Positions 10,758-25,700 of a DNA stretch of 64,000 nt are shown piece after piece. The DNA lies in NCBI GenBank assembly GCA_030390025.1, contig JASTWF010000037.1:186001-250000 (forward strand), written 5' to 3'. Positions within the stretch are counted from its first letter, which is position 1. Each line of letters starts with the position of its first letter. Below the pieces are notes generated by a model. It saw nothing but the letters and a program-made list of their open reading frames with translations. It did no database searches and was not told where the DNA came from. Both the position numbers and the translations under genes were made by a program. This stretch comes from Squalus acanthias (taxonomy: Eukaryota).

Positions 10758-13700
10758 TATAACACTGGGTACAGTACTGGTGGGTACAGGTCTGTCACTG
10801 TATAACACTGGGGTACAGTACTGGTGGGTACAGTCTGTCACTATAACACTGGGGTACAGTACTGGTGGGTACAGGTCTGTCACTGTTAACACTGGGTACA
10901 GTACTGGTGGGTACAGGTCTGTCACTGTATAACACTGGGGTACAGTACTGGTGGGTACAGGTCTGTCACTGTATAACACTGGGTACAGTACTGGTGGGTA
11001 CAGGTCTGTCACTGTATAACACTGGGGTACAGTACTGGTGGGTACAGGTCTGTCACTGTATAAAACACTGGGTACAGTACTGGTGGTACAGGTCTGTCAC
11101 TGTATAACACTGGGTACAGTACTGGTGGGTACAGTCTGTCACTGTATAACACTGGGGTACAGTACTGTGGTACAGGTCTGTCACTGTATAACACTGGGTA
11201 CAGTACTGGTGGGTACAGTCTGTCACTGATAACACAGGGGTACAGTACTGGTGGGTACAGGTCTGTCACATGTAACACGGGGTACAGTACTGGTGGTACA
11301 GGTCTGTCACTGTATAACACTGGGGTACAGTACTGGTGGGTACAGGTCTGTCACTGTATAACACTGGGGTACAGTACTGGTGGGTACAGGTCTGTCACTG
11401 TATAACACAGGGGTACAGTACTGGTGGGTACAGGTCTGTCACTGTATAACACTGGGGTACAGTACTGTGGGTACAGGTCTGTCACTGTATAACACTGGGG
11501 TACAGTACTGGTGGGTACAGGTTCTGTCACTGTATAACACTGGGGTACAGTACTGTGGGTACAGGTCTGTCACTGTATAACACTGGGGTACAGTACTGGT
11601 GGGTACAGGTCTGTCACTGTATAACACTGGGGTACAGTACTGGTGGGTACAGGTCTGTCACTGTATAACACTGGGGTACAGTACTGGTGGGTACAGGTCT
11701 GTCACTGTATAACACTGGGGTACAGTACTGGTGGGTACAGGTCTGTCACTGTATAACACTGGGGTACAGTACTGGTGGGTACAGGTCTGTCACTGTATAA
11801 CACTGGGTACAGTACGGTGGGTACAGGTCTGTCACTGTATAACACTGGGGTACAGTACTGGTGGGTACAGGTCTGTCACTGTATAACACTGGGGTACAGT
11901 ACTGGTGGGTACAGGTCTGTCACTGTATAACACTGGGGTACAGTACTGGTGGTACAGGTCTGTCACTGTATAACACTGGGGTACAGTACTGGGTACAGGT
12001 CTGTCACTGTATAACACTGGGGTACAGTACTGGTGTGTCAGGTCTGTCACTGTATAACACTGGGGTACAGTACTGGTGGGTACAGGTCTGTCACTGTATA
12101 ACACTGGGGTACAGTACTGGTGGGTACAGGTCTGTCACTGTATAAACACTGGGGTACAGTACTGGTGGGTACAGGTCTGTCACTGTATAACACTGGGGTA
12201 CAGTACTGGTGGGTACAGGTCTGTCACTGTATAACACGGGTACAGTACTGGTGGGTACAGGTCTGTCACTGTATAACACTGGGGTACAGTACTGGTGGTA
12301 CAGGTCTGTCACTGTATAACACTGGGGTACAGTACTGGTGGGTACAGGTCTGTCACTGTATAACACTGGGTACAGTACTGGTGGGTACAGGTCTGTCACT
12401 GTATAACACTGGGGTACAGTACTGGGGGTACAGGTCTGTCACTGTATAACACTGGGTGCAGTACTGGTGGGTACAGGTCTATCGCTGTATAACACTGGGG
12501 TACAGTACTGGTGGCTACAGGTCTGTCACTGTATACACTGGGGTACAGTACTGGTGGGTACAGGTCTGTCACTGTATAACACTGGGGTACAGTACTGGTG
12601 GGTACAGGTCTGTCACTGTATAACACTGGGGTACAGTACTGGTGGGTACAGGTCTGTCACTGTATAACACTGGGTACAGTACTGGTGGGTACAGGTCTGT
12701 CACTGTATAACACTGGGGTACAGTACTGGTGGGTACAGGTCTGTCACTGTATAACACTGGGTACAGTACTGGTGGGTACAGGTCTGTCACTGTATAACAC
12801 TGGGGTACAGTACTGGTGGGTACAGGTCTGTCACTGTATAACACTGGGGTACAGTACTGGTGGGTACAGGTCTGTCACTGTATAACACTGGGTACAGTAC
12901 TGGTGGGTACAGGTCTGTCACTGTATAACACGGGGTACAGTACTGGTGGGTACAGGTCTGTCACTGTAATAACACTGGGGTACAGTACTGGTGGGTACAG
13001 GTCTGTCACTGTATAACACTGGGTACAGTACTGGTGGGTACAGGTCTGTCACTGTATAACACTGGGGTACAGTACTGGTGGGTACAGGTCTGTCACTAAC
13101 ACTGGGTACAGTACTGGTGGGTACAGGTCTGTCACTGTATAACACTGGGGTACAGTACTGGTGGGTACAGGTCTTAGTCACTGTATAACACTGGGGGTGT
13201 ACAGTACTGGTGGGTACAGGTCTGTCACTGTATAACACTGGGTACAGTACTGGTGGGTACAGGTCGTCACTAAAACACTGGGTACAGTACTGGTGGGTAC
13301 AGGTCTGTCACTGTATAACACTGGGGTACAGTACTGGTGGGTACAGGTCTGTCACTATAACACTGGGGTACAGTACTGGTGGGTACAGGTCTGTCACTGT
13401 ATAACACTGGGGTACAGTACTGGTGGGTACAGGTCTGTCACTGTAACACACTGGGGTACAGTACTGGTGGGTACAGGTCTGTCACTGTATAACACTGGGG
13501 TACAGTACTGGTGGGTACAGGTCTGTCACTGTATAACACTGGGTACAGTACTGGTGGGTACAGGTCTGTCACTGTATAACACTGGGGTACAGTACTGGTG
13601 GGTACAGGTCTGTCACTGTATAACACTGGGTACAGTACTGGTGGGTACAGGTCTGTCACTGTATAACACTGGGTACAGTACTGGTGGGTACAGGTCTGTC

Positions 13701-16700
13701 ACTGTATAACACTGGGGTACAGTACTGGTGGTACAGGTCTGTCACTGTATAACACTGGGACAGTACTGGTGGGTACAGGTCTGTCACTGTATAACACTGG
13801 GGTACAGTACTGGTGGGTACAGGTCTGTCACTGTATAACACTGGGGTACAGTACTGGTGGGTACAGTCTGTCACTGTATAACACTGGGGTACAGTACTGG
13901 TGGGTACAGGTCTGTCACTGTATAACACTGGGGTACAGTACTGGTGGGTACAGGTCTGTCACTGTATAACACTGGGGTACAGTACTGGTGGGTACAGGTC
14001 TGTCACTGTATAAAACACTGGGTACAGTACTGGTGGTACAGGTCTGTCACTGTATAACTGGGGTACAGTACTGGTGGGTACAGGTCTGTCACTGTATAAC
14101 ACTGGGTACAGTACTGGTGGGTACAGGTCTGTCACTGTATAACACTGGGGTACAGTACTGGTGGGTACAGGTCTGTCACTGTATAACACTGGGGTACAGT
14201 ACTGGTGGGTACAGGTCTGTCACTGTATAACACTTGGGTACAGTACTGGTGGGTACAGGTCTGTCACTGTATAACACTGGGTACAGTACTGGTGGGTACA
14301 GGTCTGTCACTGTATAACACTGGGGTACAGTACTGGTGGGTACAGGTCTGTCACTGTATAACACTGGGGTACAGTACTGGTGGGTACAGGTCTGTCACTG
14401 TATAACACTGGGGTACAGTACTGGTGGGTACAGGTCTGTCACTGTATAACACTGGGGTACAGTACTGGTGGGTACAGGTCTGTCACTGTATAACACTGGG
14501 GTACAGTACTGGTGGGTACAGGTCTGTCACTGTATAACACTGGGGTACAGTACTGGTGGGTACAGGTCTGTCACTGTATAACACTGGGGTACAGTACTGG
14601 TGGGTACAGGTCTGTCACTGTATAACACTGGGGTACAGTACTGGTGGGTACAGGTCTGTCACTGTATAACACTGGGGTACAGTACTGGTGGGTACAGGTC
14701 TGTCACTGTATAACACTGGGGTACAGTACTGGTGGGTACAGGTCTGTCACTGTATAAACTGGGGTACAGTACTGGTGGGTACAGGTCTGTCACTATAACA
14801 CTGGGGTACAGTACTGGTGGGTACAGGTCTGTCACTGTATAACACTGGGTACAGTACTGGTGGGTACAGGTCTGTCACTGTATAACACTGGGGTACAGTA
14901 CTGGTGGGTACAGGTCTGTCACTGTATAACACTGGGGTACAGTACTGGTGGGTACAGGTCTGTCACTGTATAACACTGGGGTACAGTACTGGTGGGTACA
15001 GGTCTGTCACTGTATAACACTGGGGTATACAGTACTGGTGGGTACAGGTCTGTCACTGTATAACACTGGGTACAGTACTGGTGGGTACAGGTCTGTCACT
15101 GTATAACACTGGGGTACAGTACTGGTGGGTACAGGTCTGTCACTATAACACTGGGGTACAGTACTGGTGGGTACAGGTCTGTCACTGTATAACACTGGGT
15201 ACAGTACTGGTGGGTACAGGTCTGTCACTAACACTGGGGTACAGTACTGGTCTGTCACTGTATAACACTAGGGTACAGTACTTGTGGGTACAGGTCTGTC
15301 ACTGTAACACTGGGGTACAGTACTGGTGGGTACAGGTCTGTCACTGTATAACACTGGGAGTACTGGTGGGTACAGGTCTGTCACTGTATAACACTGGGGT
15401 ACAGTACTGGTGGGTACAGGTCTGTCACTGTATAACACTGGGGTACAGTACTGGTGGGTACAGGTCTGTCACTGTATAACACTGGGTACAGTACTGGTGG
15501 GTACAGGTCTGTCACTGTATAACACTGGGGTACAGTACTGGTGGGTACAGGTCTGTCACTGTATAACACTGGGGTACAGTACTGGTGGGTACATGTCTGT
15601 CACTGTAAACAACTGGGGTACAGTACTGGTGGTACAGGTCTGTCACTGTATAACACTGGGGTACAGTACTGGTGGGTACAGGTCTGTCACTGTATAACAC
15701 TGGGGTACAGTACTGGTGGGTACAGGTCTGTCACTGTAAACACTGGGGACAGTACTGGTGGGTACAGGTCTGTCACTGTATAACACTGGGGTACAGTACT
15801 GGTGGTACAGGTCTGTCACTATATACACTGGGTACAGTACTGGTCTGTCACTGTATAACACTGGGGTACAGTACTGGTGGGTACAGGTCTGTCACTAACA
15901 CTGGGGTACAGTACTGGTGGGTACAGGTCTGTCACTGTATAACACTGGGTACAGTACTGGTGGGTACAGGTCTGTCACTGTATAACACTGGGGTACAGTA
16001 CTGGTGGGTACAGGTCTGTCACTGTATACACTGGGGTACAGTACTGGTGGGTACAGGTCTGTCACTGTATAACACTGGGGTACAGTACTGGTGGGTACAG
16101 GTCTGTCACTGTATAACACTGGGGTACAGTACTGGTGGTACAGGTCTGTCACTGTATAACACTGGGGGTACAGTACTGGTGGGTACAGGTCTGTCACTGT
16201 ATAACACTGGGGTACAGTACTGGTGGGTACAGGTCTGTCACTGTATAACACTGGGTACAGTACTGGTGGGTACAGGTCTGTCCTATACAGGGGTACAGTA
16301 CTGGTGGGTACAGGTCTGTCACTGTATAACACTGGGGTACAGTACTGGTGGGTACAGGTCTGTCACTGTATAACACTGGGGTACAGTACTGGTGGGTACA
16401 GGTCTGTCACTGTATATCACTGGGGTACAGTACTGGTGGGTACAGGTCTGTCACTGTATAACACTGGGGTACAGTACTGGTGGGTACAGGTCTGTCACTG
16501 TATAACACTGGGGTACAGTACTGGTGGGTACAGGTCTGTCACTGTATAACACGGGGTACAGTACTGGTGGGTACAGGTCTGTCACTGTATAACACTGGGG
16601 TACAGTACTGGTGGGTACAGGTCTGTCACTGTATAACACTGGGGTACAGTACTGGTGGGTACAGGTCTGTCACTGTATAACACTGGGGTACAGTACTGGT

Positions 16701-19700
16701 GGGTACAGGTCTGTCACTGTATAAACACTGGGTACAGTACTGGTGGGTACAGGTCTGTCACTGTATAACACTGGGGTACAGTACTGGTGGGTACAGGTCT
16801 GTCACTGTATAACACACTGGGGTACAGTACTGGTGGGTACAGGTCTGTCACTGTATAACACTGGGTACAGTACTGGTGGGTACAGGTCTGTCACTGTATA
16901 ACACTGGGGTACAGTACTGGTGGGTACAGGTCTGTCACTGTAACACTGGGGTACAGTACTGGTGGGTACAGGTCTGTCACTGTATAACACTGGGGTACAG
17001 TACTGGTGGGTACAGGTCTGTCACTGTATAACACTGGGGTACAGCACTGGTGGTACAGGTCTGTCACTGTATAACACTGGGTACAGTACTGGTGGGTACA
17101 GGTCTGTCACTGTATAACACTGGGGTACAGTACTGGTGGGTACAGGTCTGTCACTGTATAACACTGGGGTACAGTACTGGTGGGTACAGGTCTGTCACTG
17201 TATAACACTGGGGTACAGTACTGGTGGGTACAGGTCTGTCACTGTGTAACACTGGGGTACAGTACTGGTGGGTACAGGTCTGTCACTGTATAACACTGGG
17301 GTACAGTACTGGTGGGTACAGGTCTGTCACTGTATAACACTGGGGTACAGTACTGGTGGGTACAGGTCTGTCACTGTATAACACTGGGGTACAGTACTGG
17401 TGGGTACAGGTCTGTCACTGTATATAACACTGGGGTACAGTACTGGTGGGTACCGGTCTGTCACTGTATACACTGGACAGTACTGGTGGGTACAGGTCTG
17501 TCACTGTATAACACGGGGTACAGTACTGGTGGGTACAGGTCTGTCACTGTATAACACTGGTACAGTACTGGTGGGTACAGGTCTGTCACTGTATAACACT
17601 GGGGTACAGTACTGGTGGGTACAGGTCTGTCACTGTATAACACTGGGGTACAGTACTGGTGGGTACAGGTCTGTCACTGTATAACACTGGGGTACAGTAC
17701 TGGTGGGTACAGGTCTGTCACTGTATAACACTGGTACAGTACTGTGTTGGGTACAGGTCTGTCACTGTATAACACTGGGGTACAGTACTGGTGGGTACAG
17801 GTCTGTCACTGTATAACACTGGGGTACAGTATGGTGGGTACAGGTCTGTCACTGTATAACACTGGGGTACAGTACTGGTGGGTACAGGTCTGTCACTGTA
17901 TAACACTGGGTACAGTACTGGTGGGTACAGGTCTGTCACTGTGTAACACTGGGGTACAGTACTGGTGGGTACAGGTCTGTCACTGTATAACACTGGGGTA
18001 CAGTACTGGTGGGTACAGGTCTGTCACTGTATAACACTGGGGTACAGTACTGGTGGGTACAGGTCTGTCACTGTATACACTGGGGTACAGTACTGGTGGG
18101 TACAGGTCTGTCACTGTATAACACTGGGTACAGTACTGGTGTGTACAGGTCTGTCACTGTATAAACACTGGGTACAGTACTGGTGGGTACAGGTCTGTCA
18201 CTGTATAACACTGGGGTACAGTACTGGTGGGTACAGGTCTGTCACTGTATAACACTGGGGTACAGTACTGGTGGGTACAGGTCTGTCACTGTATAACACT
18301 GGGTACAGTACTGGTGGGTACAGGTCTGTCACTGTATAACACTGGGGTACAGTACTGGTGGGTACAGGTCTGTCACTGTATAACACTGGGGTACAGTACT
18401 GGTGGTACAGGTCTGTCTGTATAACACTGGGGTACAGTACTGGTGGGTACAGGTCTGTCACTGTATAACACTGGGGTACAGTACTGGTGGGTACAGGTCT
18501 GTCACTGTATAACACTGGGGTACAGTACTGGTGGGTACAGGTCTGTCACTGTAAACACGGGTACAGTACTGGTGGGTACAGGTCTGTCACTGTATAACAC
18601 TGGGGTACAGTACTGGTGGGTACAGGTCTGTCACTGTAAACACTGGGGTACAGTACTGGTGGGTACAGGTCTGTCACTGTATAACACTGCGTACAGTACT
18701 GGTGGGTACAGGTCTGTCACTGTAACACACTGGGTACAGTACTGGTGGGTACAGGTCTGTCACTGTATAACACTGGGGTACAGTACTGGTGGGTACAGGT
18801 CTGTCACTGTACAACACTGGGGTACAGTACTGGTGGGTACAGGTCTGTCACTGTATAACACTGGGGTACAGTACTGGTGGGTACAGTCTGTCACTGTATA
18901 ACACTGGGGTACAGTACTGGTGGGTACAGGTCTGTCACTAACACTGGGGTACAGTACTGGGGTACAGGTCTGTCACTGTATAACACTGGGGTACAGTACT
19001 GGTGGGTACAGGTCTGTCACTATACACTGGGTACAGTACTGGTCTGTCACTGTATAACACTGGGTAACACTGGTGGTACATGTGTATTGGTTAACACTGG
19101 TGCACAGTACTGGTGGACCCGGGTTCAATGTATACCTGGGTGACAGTACTGGTGGAGTTTGCACCTCCAACACTGGGTGTCTGGTGGGTTTCCTACAGGT
19201 GCTCCGGTATAATCACAGTAACAGTATGTGTGGGTACGGTGTGGTCTGTAACACTGGACCCTTACAGTACAGGTGGGTACAATACTTGGGTTTAAGGGGT
19301 ACAGTACTGGGATAAGGTCTGTCACTTAAAACACGTGGGGTACAGGTAGGTGGGATGTGGGTACACTGGGGATTGGGGCAGGTGACAGGGTGCTGTATTT
19401 GGATGTATCACATGGGGTACAGTACTGGTGGACAGGTCGACTGTCCGAATGGCTATTACTGCTGGTACAGTACTATGGTTTCTATGTCACTGTACTGGGG
19501 TACAGTCTGGTGGGGGGTACAGGTCTGTCACATAACACTGGGTTACAGTACTGGTGGGTACAGGTCTGTCACTGTATAACACTGGGTACAGTACTGGTGG
19601 GTACAGGTCTGTCACTGTATAAACACTGGGGTACAGTACTGGTGGGTACAGGTCTGTCACTGTATAACACTGGGGTACAGTACTGGTGGGTACAGGTCTG

Positions 19701-22700
19701 TCACTGTATAACACTGGGGTACAGTACTGGTGGGTACAGGTCTGACTGTATAACACTGGGGTACAGTACTGGTGGTACAGGTCTGTCACTGTATAACACT
19801 GGGGTACAGTACTGGTGGGTACAGGTCTGTCACTGTATAACACTGGGGTACAGTACTGGTGGGTACAGGTCTGTCACTGTATAACACTGGGGTACAGTAC
19901 TGGTGGGTACAGGTCTGTCACTGTATAACACTGGGTACAGTACTGGTGGGTACAGGTCTGTCACTGTATAACACTGGGGTACAGTACTGGTGGGTACAGG
20001 TCTGTCACTGTATAACACTGGGGTACAGTACTGGTGGGTACAGGTCTGTCACTGTATAACACTGGGGTACAGTACTGGTGGGTACAGGTCTGTCACTGTA
20101 TAACACTGGGGTACAGTACTGGTGGGTACAGGTCTGTCACTGTATAACACTGGGGTACAGTACTGGTGGGTACAGGTCTGTCACTGTATAACACTGGGGT
20201 ACAGTACTGGTGGGTACAGGTCTGTCACTGTATAACACTGGGGTACAGTACTGGTGGGTACAGGTCTGTCACTGTATAACACTGGGGTACAGTACTGGTG
20301 GGTACAGGTCTGTCACTGTATAACACTGGGGTACAGTACTGGTGGGTACAGGTCTGTCACTGTATAACACTGGGTACAGTACTGGTGGGTACAGGTCTGT
20401 CACTGTATAACACTGGGGTACAGTACTGGTGGGTACAGGTCTGTCACTGTATAACACTGGGGTACAGTACTGGTGGGTACAGGTCTGTCACTGTATAACA
20501 CTGGGGTACAGTACTGGTGGGTACAGGTCTGTCACTGTATAACACTGGGGTACAGTACTGGTGGGTACAGGTCTGTCACTGTATAACACTGGGGTACAGT
20601 ACTGGTGGGTACAGGTCTGTCACTGTATAACACTGGGGTACAGTACTGGTGGGTACAGGTCTGTCACTGTATAACACTGGGGTACAGTACTGGTGGGTAC
20701 AGGTCTGTCACTGTATAACACTGGGGTACAGTACTGGTGGGTACAGGTCTGTCACTGTATAACACTGGGGTACAGTACTGGTGGGTACAGGTCTGTCACT
20801 GTATAACACTGGGGTACAGTACTGGTGGGTACAGGTCTGTCACTGTATAACACTGGGGTACAGTACTGGTGGGTACAGGTCTGTCACTGTATAACACTGG
20901 GGTACAGTACTGGTGGGTACAGGTCTGTCACTGTATAACACTGGGGTACAGTACTGGTGGGTACAGGTCTGTCACTGTATAACACTGGGGTACAGTACTG
21001 GTGGGTACAGGTCTGTCACTGTATAACACTGGGGTACAGTACTGGTGGGTACAGGTCTGTCACTGTATAACACTGGGGTACAGTACTGGTGGGTACAGGT
21101 CTGTCACTGTATAACACTGGGGTACAGTACTGGTGGGTACAGGTCTGTCACTGTATAACACTGGGGTACAGTACTGGTGGGTACAGGTCTGTCACTGTAT
21201 AACACTGGGGTACAGTACTGGTGGGTACAGGTCTGTCACTGTATAACACTGGGGTACAGTACTGGTGGGTACAGGTCTGTCACTGTATAACACTGGGGTA
21301 CAGTACTGGTGGGTACAGGTCTGTCACTGTATAACACTGGGGTACAGTACTGGTGGGTACAGGTCTGTCACTGTATAACACTGGGGTACAGTACTGGTGG
21401 GTACAGGTCTGTCACTGTATAACACTGGGGTACAGTACTGGTGGGTACAGGTCTGTCACTGTATAACACTGGGGTACAGTACTGGTGGGTACAGGTCTGT
21501 CACTGTATAACACTGGGGTACAGTACTGGTGGGTACAGGTCTGTCACTGTATAACACTGGGGTACAGTACTGGTGGGTACAGGTCTGTCACTGTATAACA
21601 CTGGGGTACAGTACTGGTGGGTACAGGTCTGTCACTGTATAACACTGGGGTACAGTACTGGTGGGTACAGGTCTGTCACTGTATAACACTGGGGTACAGT
21701 ACTGGTGGGTACAGGTCTGTCACTGTATAACACTGGGGTACAGTACTGGTGGGTACAGGTCTGTCACTGTATAACACTGGGGTACAGTACTGGTGGGTAC
21801 AGGTCTGTCACTGTATAACACTGGGGTACAGTACTGGTGGGTACAGGTCTGTCACTGTATAACACTGGGGTACAGTACTGGTGGGTACAGGTCTGTCACT
21901 GTATAACACTGGGGTACAGTACTGGTGGGTACAGGTCTGTCACTGTATAACACTGGGGTACAGTACTGGTGGGTACAGGTCTGTCACTGTATAACACTGG
22001 GTACAGTACTGGTGGGTACAGGTCTGTCACTGTATAACACTGGGGTACAGTACTGGTGGGTACAGGTCTGTCACTGTATAACACTGGGGTACAGTACTGG
22101 TGGGTACAGGTCTGTCACTGTATAACACTGGGGTACAGTACTGGTGGGTACAGGTCTGTCACTGTATAACACTGGGGTACAGTACTGGTGGGTACAGGTC
22201 TGTCACTGTATAACACTGGGGTACAGTACTGGTGGGTACAGGTCTGTCACTGTATAACACTGGGGTACAGTACTGGTGGGTACAGGTCTGTCACTGTATA
22301 ACACTGGGGTACAGTACTGGTGGGTACAGGTCTGTCACTGTATAACACTGGGGTACAGTACTGGTGGGTACAGGTCTGTCACTGTATAACACTGGGTACA
22401 GTACTGGTGGGTACAGGTCTGTCACTGTATAACACTGGGGTACAGTACTGGTGGGTACAGGTCTGTCACTGTAACACTGGGGTACAGTACTGGTGGGTAC
22501 AGGTCTGTCACTGTATAACACTGGGGTACAGTACTGGTGGGTACAGGTCTGTCACTGTATAACACTGGGGTACAGTACTGGTGGGTACAGGTCTGTCACT
22601 GTATAACACTGGGGTACAGTACTGGTGGGTACAGGTCTGTCACTATAACACTGGGGTACAGTACTGGTGGGTACAGGTCTGTCACTGTATAACACTGGGG

Positions 22701-25700
22701 TACAGTACTGGTGGGTACAGGTCTGTCACTGTATAACACTGGGGTACAGTACTGGTGGGTACAGGTCTGTCACTGTATAACACTGGGGTACAGTACTGGT
22801 GGGTACAGGTCTGTCACTGTATAACACTGGGGTACAGTACTGGTGGGTACAGGTCTGTCACTGTATAACACTGGGGTACAGTACTGGTGGGTACAGGTCT
22901 GTCACTGTATAACACTGGGGTACAGTACTGGTGGGTACAGGTCTGTCACTGTATAACACTGGGTACAGTACTGGTGGGTACAGGTCTGTCACTGTATAAC
23001 ACTGGGGTACAGTACTGGTGGGTACAGGTCTGTCACTGTATAACACTGGGGTACAGTACTGGTGGGTACAGGTCTGTCACTGTATAACACTGGGGTACAG
23101 TACTGGTGGGTACAGGTCTGTCACTGTATAACACTGGGGTACAGTACTGGTGGGTACAGGTCTGTCACTGTATAACACTGGGGTACAGTACTGGTGGGTA
23201 CAGGTCTGTCACTGTATAACACTGGGTACAGTACTGGTGGGTACAGGTCTGTCACTGTATAACACTGGGGTACAGTACTGGTGGGTACAGGTCTGTCACT
23301 GTATAACACTGGGGTACAGTACTGGTGGGTACAGGTCTGTCACTGTATAACACTGGGGTACAGTACTGGTGGGTACAGGTCTGTCACTGTATAACACTGG
23401 GGTACAGTACTGGTGGGTACAGGTCTGTCACTGTATAACACTGGGGTACAGTACTGGTGGGTACAGGTCTGTCACTGTATAACACTGGGGTACAGTACTG
23501 GTGGGTACAGGTCTGTCACTGTATAACACTGGGGTACAGTACTGGTGGGTACAGGTCTGTCACTGTATAACACTGGGGTACAGTACTGGTGGGTACAGGT
23601 CTGTCACTGTATAACACTGGGGTACAGTACTGGTGGGTACAGGTCTGTCACTGTATAACACTGGGGTACAGTACTGGTGGGTACAGGTCTGTCACTGTAT
23701 AACACTGGGTACAGTACTGGTGGGTACAGGTCTGTCACTGTATAACACTGGGGTACAGTACTGGTGGGTACAGGTCTGTCACTGTATAACACTGGGGTAC
23801 AGTACTGGTGGGTACAGGTCTGTCACTGTATAACACTGGGGTACAGTACTGGTGGGTACAGGTCTGTCACTGTATAACACTGGGGTACAGTACTGGTGGG
23901 TACAGGTCTGTCACTGTATAACACTGGGGTACAGTACTGGTGGGTACAGGTCTGTCACTGTATAACACTGGGGTACAGTACTGGTGGGTACAGGTCTGTC
24001 ACTGTATAACACTGGGGTACAGTACTGGTGGGTACAGGTCTGTCACTGTATAACACTGGGGTACAGTACTGGTGGGTACAGGTCTGTCACTGTATAACAC
24101 TGGGGTACAGTACTGGTGGGTACAGGTCTGTCACTGTATAACACTGGGGTACAGTACTGGTGGGTACAGGTCTGTCACTGTATAACACTGGGGTACAGTA
24201 CTGGTGGGTACAGGTCTGTCACTGTATAACACTGGGGTACAGTACTGGTGGGTACAGGTCTGTCACTGTATAACACTGGGGTACAGTACTGGTGGGTACA
24301 GGTCTGTCACTGTATAACACTGGGGTACAGTACTGGTGGGTACAGGTCTGTCACTGTATAACACTGGGGTACAGTACTGGTGGGTACAGGTCTGTCACTG
24401 TATAACACTGGGGTACAGTACTGGTGGGTACAGGTCTGTCACTGTATAACACTGGGGTACAGTACTGGTGGGTACAGGTCTGTCACTGTATAACACTGGG
24501 GTACAGTACTGGTGGGTACAGGTCTGTCACTGTATAACACTGGGGTACAGTACTGGTGGGTACAGGTCTGTCACTGTATAACACTGGGGTACAGTACTGG
24601 TGGGTACAGGTCTGTCACTGTATAACACTGGGGTACAGTACTGGTGGGTACAGGTCTGTCACTGTATAACACTGGGGTACAGTACTGGTGGGTACAGGTC
24701 TGTCACTGTATAACACTGGGGTACAGTACTGGTGGGTACAGGTCTGTCACTGTATAACACTGGGTACAGTACTGGTGGGTACAGGTCTGTCACTGTATAA
24801 CACTGGGGTACAGTACTGGTGGGTACAGGTCTGTCACTGTATAACACTGGGGTACAGTACTGGTGGGTACAGGTCTGTCACTGTATAACACTGGGGTACA
24901 GTACTGGTGGGTACAGGTCTGTCACTGTATAACACTGGGGTACAGTACTGGTGGGTACAGGTCTGTCACTGTATAACACTGGGGTACAGTACTGGTGGGT
25001 ACAGGTCTGTCACTGTATAACACTGGGGTACAGTACTGGTGGGTACAGGTCTGTCACTGTATAACACTGGGGTACAGTACTGGTGGGTACAGGTCTGTCA
25101 CTGTATAACACTGGGGTACAGTACTGGTGGGTACAGGTCTGTCACTGTATAACACTGGGGTACAGTACTGGTGGGTACAGGTCTGTCACTGTATAACACT
25201 GGGGTACAGTACTGGTGGTACAGGTCTGTCACTGTATAACACTGGGGTACAGTACTGGTGGGTACAGGTCTGTCACTGTATAACACTGGGGTACAGTACT
25301 GGTGGGTACAGGTCTGTCACTGTATAACACTGGGGTACAGTACTGGTGGGTACAGGTCTGTCACTGTATAACACTGGGGTACAGTACTGGTGGGTACAGG
25401 TCTGTCACTGTATAACACTGGGGTACAGTACTGGTGGGTACAGGTCTGTCACTGTATAACACTGGGGTACAGTACTGGTGGGTACAGGTCTGTCACTGTA
25501 TAACACTGGGGTACAGTACTGGTGGGTACAGGTCTGTCACTGTATAACACTGGGGTACAGTACTGGTGGGTACAGGTCTGTCACTGTATAACACTGGGGT
25601 ACAGTACTGGTGGGTACAGGTCTGTCACTGTATAACACTGGGGTACAGTACTGGTGGGTACAGGTCTGTCACTGTATAACACTGGGTACAGTACTGGTGG

